A stretch of DNA of 64,000 bases, from contig JARFYF010000071.1 of the NCBI GenBank assembly GCA_030265395.1, positions 4,713,042 through 4,777,041 on the forward strand, given 5' to 3'. Within the stretch, counting starts at the first letter, position 1, and each line of letters begins with the position of its first letter. The position numbers and the translations under genes are program-made. Below, piece by piece: positions 62,330 to 64,000 of this stretch. This stretch comes from Rhina ancylostomus. Taxonomy: Eukaryota. A model generated the notes under the pieces. It had not been told where the DNA came from and searched no databases. It saw only the letters and a list, made by a program, of their open reading frames with translations.

Positions 62330-63680
62330 CATCATAGACTGGAAAATGGGTAATGTTATACCATTATTTTAAAAGGAAGTGATGAATAAAGTAATTTTTC
62401 ACCCAGTTACTTTAAATTTGGTGATGAGCTAATTATTGGAATCAATTCTGAAGGACAACATAACATTTAGAAAGGACATCATCATGGATTTGTTAAATGA
62501 AGGTCACATCTGACTAGTTTGATTGAAATCTTTGAGGCAACAAATAGGAGGATCAATGAGGGTAGAGTACATGATGTTGTTAACATGGATTTTAGGAAAG
62601 TTTTGGACAAAGTCCACATGGCAGGCTGTTCAAAACAAAAGCCATGGGACAAGAGAGATTAGCAAACTGGATCAGCACTAGAAGCAGAAGGGAATGGTTG
62701 ATGGCCACTTCTGCAGCCAGATTCCACATGGATCAGTAGCCAGTGCCTTGCAACTCTCATAATGTATTACTGACTTAGATTTAAATGCAGGTACCATAAT
62801 AAAGAAATTTACAGATAATAACAAAAACAAGCTGTATAATTGACAGTGAAGAGGAAAGTTTTCAGCTGAAGGGAGATATAGGTGGTGTAGCCGCTGGTCA
62901 GGAAAGTGACATGGAATTTAATCTGGAGAAGTGCAAGGAAGTACATTTGGGAAGTTGTAACAAGGCAAGGGAATACACAATAAATGGTGTGACACTGCAG
63001 TGTGGAGGAACAGAGGGACCATGCAGTGTATGTCCACAGATCTTTAAGAAAAGCAGGTCAACAAGGTAATTAAAAAGGCAAATGGAACATTTGTTTTTAA
63101 AACCAAGAAAAAAATATGAGAAGTATATCAGTTATGGTCCATCTAGAGTTGTATACAGCTTCTGTTTCAGTTGGACTATAACTTCAGTGCTGCTTACAGT
63201 TCTGGCTACCACAGGGAAGATATGACTGCACTTGGCAACATGCAAAGGAGATTTACATGGATGCAGCCATGCCAATAACATCTTAGTTATGAGGTAAAAT
63301 TGGAAAGGCTGGAGTTGTTTTCTTTGGAACAGAGGCAGCAATTCAGGTATGTAAAATTCTGAGGTGTCTAGATAGAGTAAATAGGAACAACCTATTTTCC
63401 TCAGCAGAAGAATCGAAAACCAGGGGACACAAATTTAAAGTAATTGGTAGAAAGATGGGCAAATGAAGTTTTATTTTGCTCTCCCAGAGACTGACAGGGG
63501 TCTGGAATTTCTCATATGTAAAAAAATACGCAGATGTGTACTTGGAGAGCCGTGACCTGCAGAGCTCCAAACTGCAGAGCTACAAACCGAGTGCTGGCGG
63601 GTTCAGGCTAGGTAGCTCTTTTTGACAGACGCAATGGGCCAAATGGTCTCTTTCGATGACATAAATCTTCTGTGATTTCA
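62330..63680 (+). mobile_element. Decayed CR1 ORF2 from RT to 3' tail
   Basis: HHGFVK*RSHLTSLIEIFE, DVVNMDFRKVLDKV, IKKFTDNN (cf. KFADD), MEFNLEKCKEVHLG, QRDHAVYVHRSL, TRGHKFKVIG, tail atgggccaaatggtctc. Confidence 0.88.
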
Positions 63681-64000
63681 ATTATTTCATTTAGGGGAAC
63701 ATAGGAAAAATGTTATGTCTCAACAAAGCAGCAGCTAAACTAGACAAGAAGCTTGCTCACTGATAGTGACTTAGTTTCTGAAATACAGATTTATTGACTG
63801 GAGTAAGTTCATGTGTGAATCTGGGTCCGAATCAACAAGGGAGCAAACATGGCTAAAGCAGAATTTAACCACAATCATATACCATCCCAACCTACACCAC
63901 CGTATTCCTGTCCCACAATGGCTTTCAACGCATGTCATCTGTGTACAGCAGCTAGCCAATGAAGTTGGGGTGACCTTAATTCAGAAGTGGAAGTGACCTA

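Larger units (their letters stand above)
5542..64000 (-). other. Probable long 5' UTR intron and/or upstream region of the beta-spectrin gene
   Basis: An acceptor precedes the ATG exon; I recognised no CpG island or other host exon in the remaining 58 kb; the region is repeat-dense. Confidence 0.5.

Overview
Vertebrate nuclear DNA, very probably from a cartilaginous fish (inferred from the repeat families), in a draft assembly with 16 N-gaps. The only host gene I can support is one minus-strand exon (5350-5541): the first coding exon of a non-erythrocytic beta-spectrin, most like SPTBN2, though SPTBN1 is not excluded. The rest is intronic or upstream sequence full of decayed retroelements: CR1, L2, Rex1/Babar-like, RTE, L1, Penelope-like elements (PLEs), and tRNA-derived V-SINE and Deu-domain SINEs, often nested. 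Apart from the spectrin ORF, I could not assign any ORF in the track to a host gene; they are TE remnants, read through N-gaps, or are short and unassigned. The most interesting signal is a dispersed short repeat that forms the 3' end of the PLEs. Aligned by eye, its copies give a minimal type-I hammerhead ribozyme consensus (AGTY-CTGATGA-A-GGGTC-loop-GACCY-GAAA-C-GTY-RACT), though every copy here is mutated. Repeat boundaries and family names are by-eye estimates (roughly +/-20-50 nt) made without database searches.
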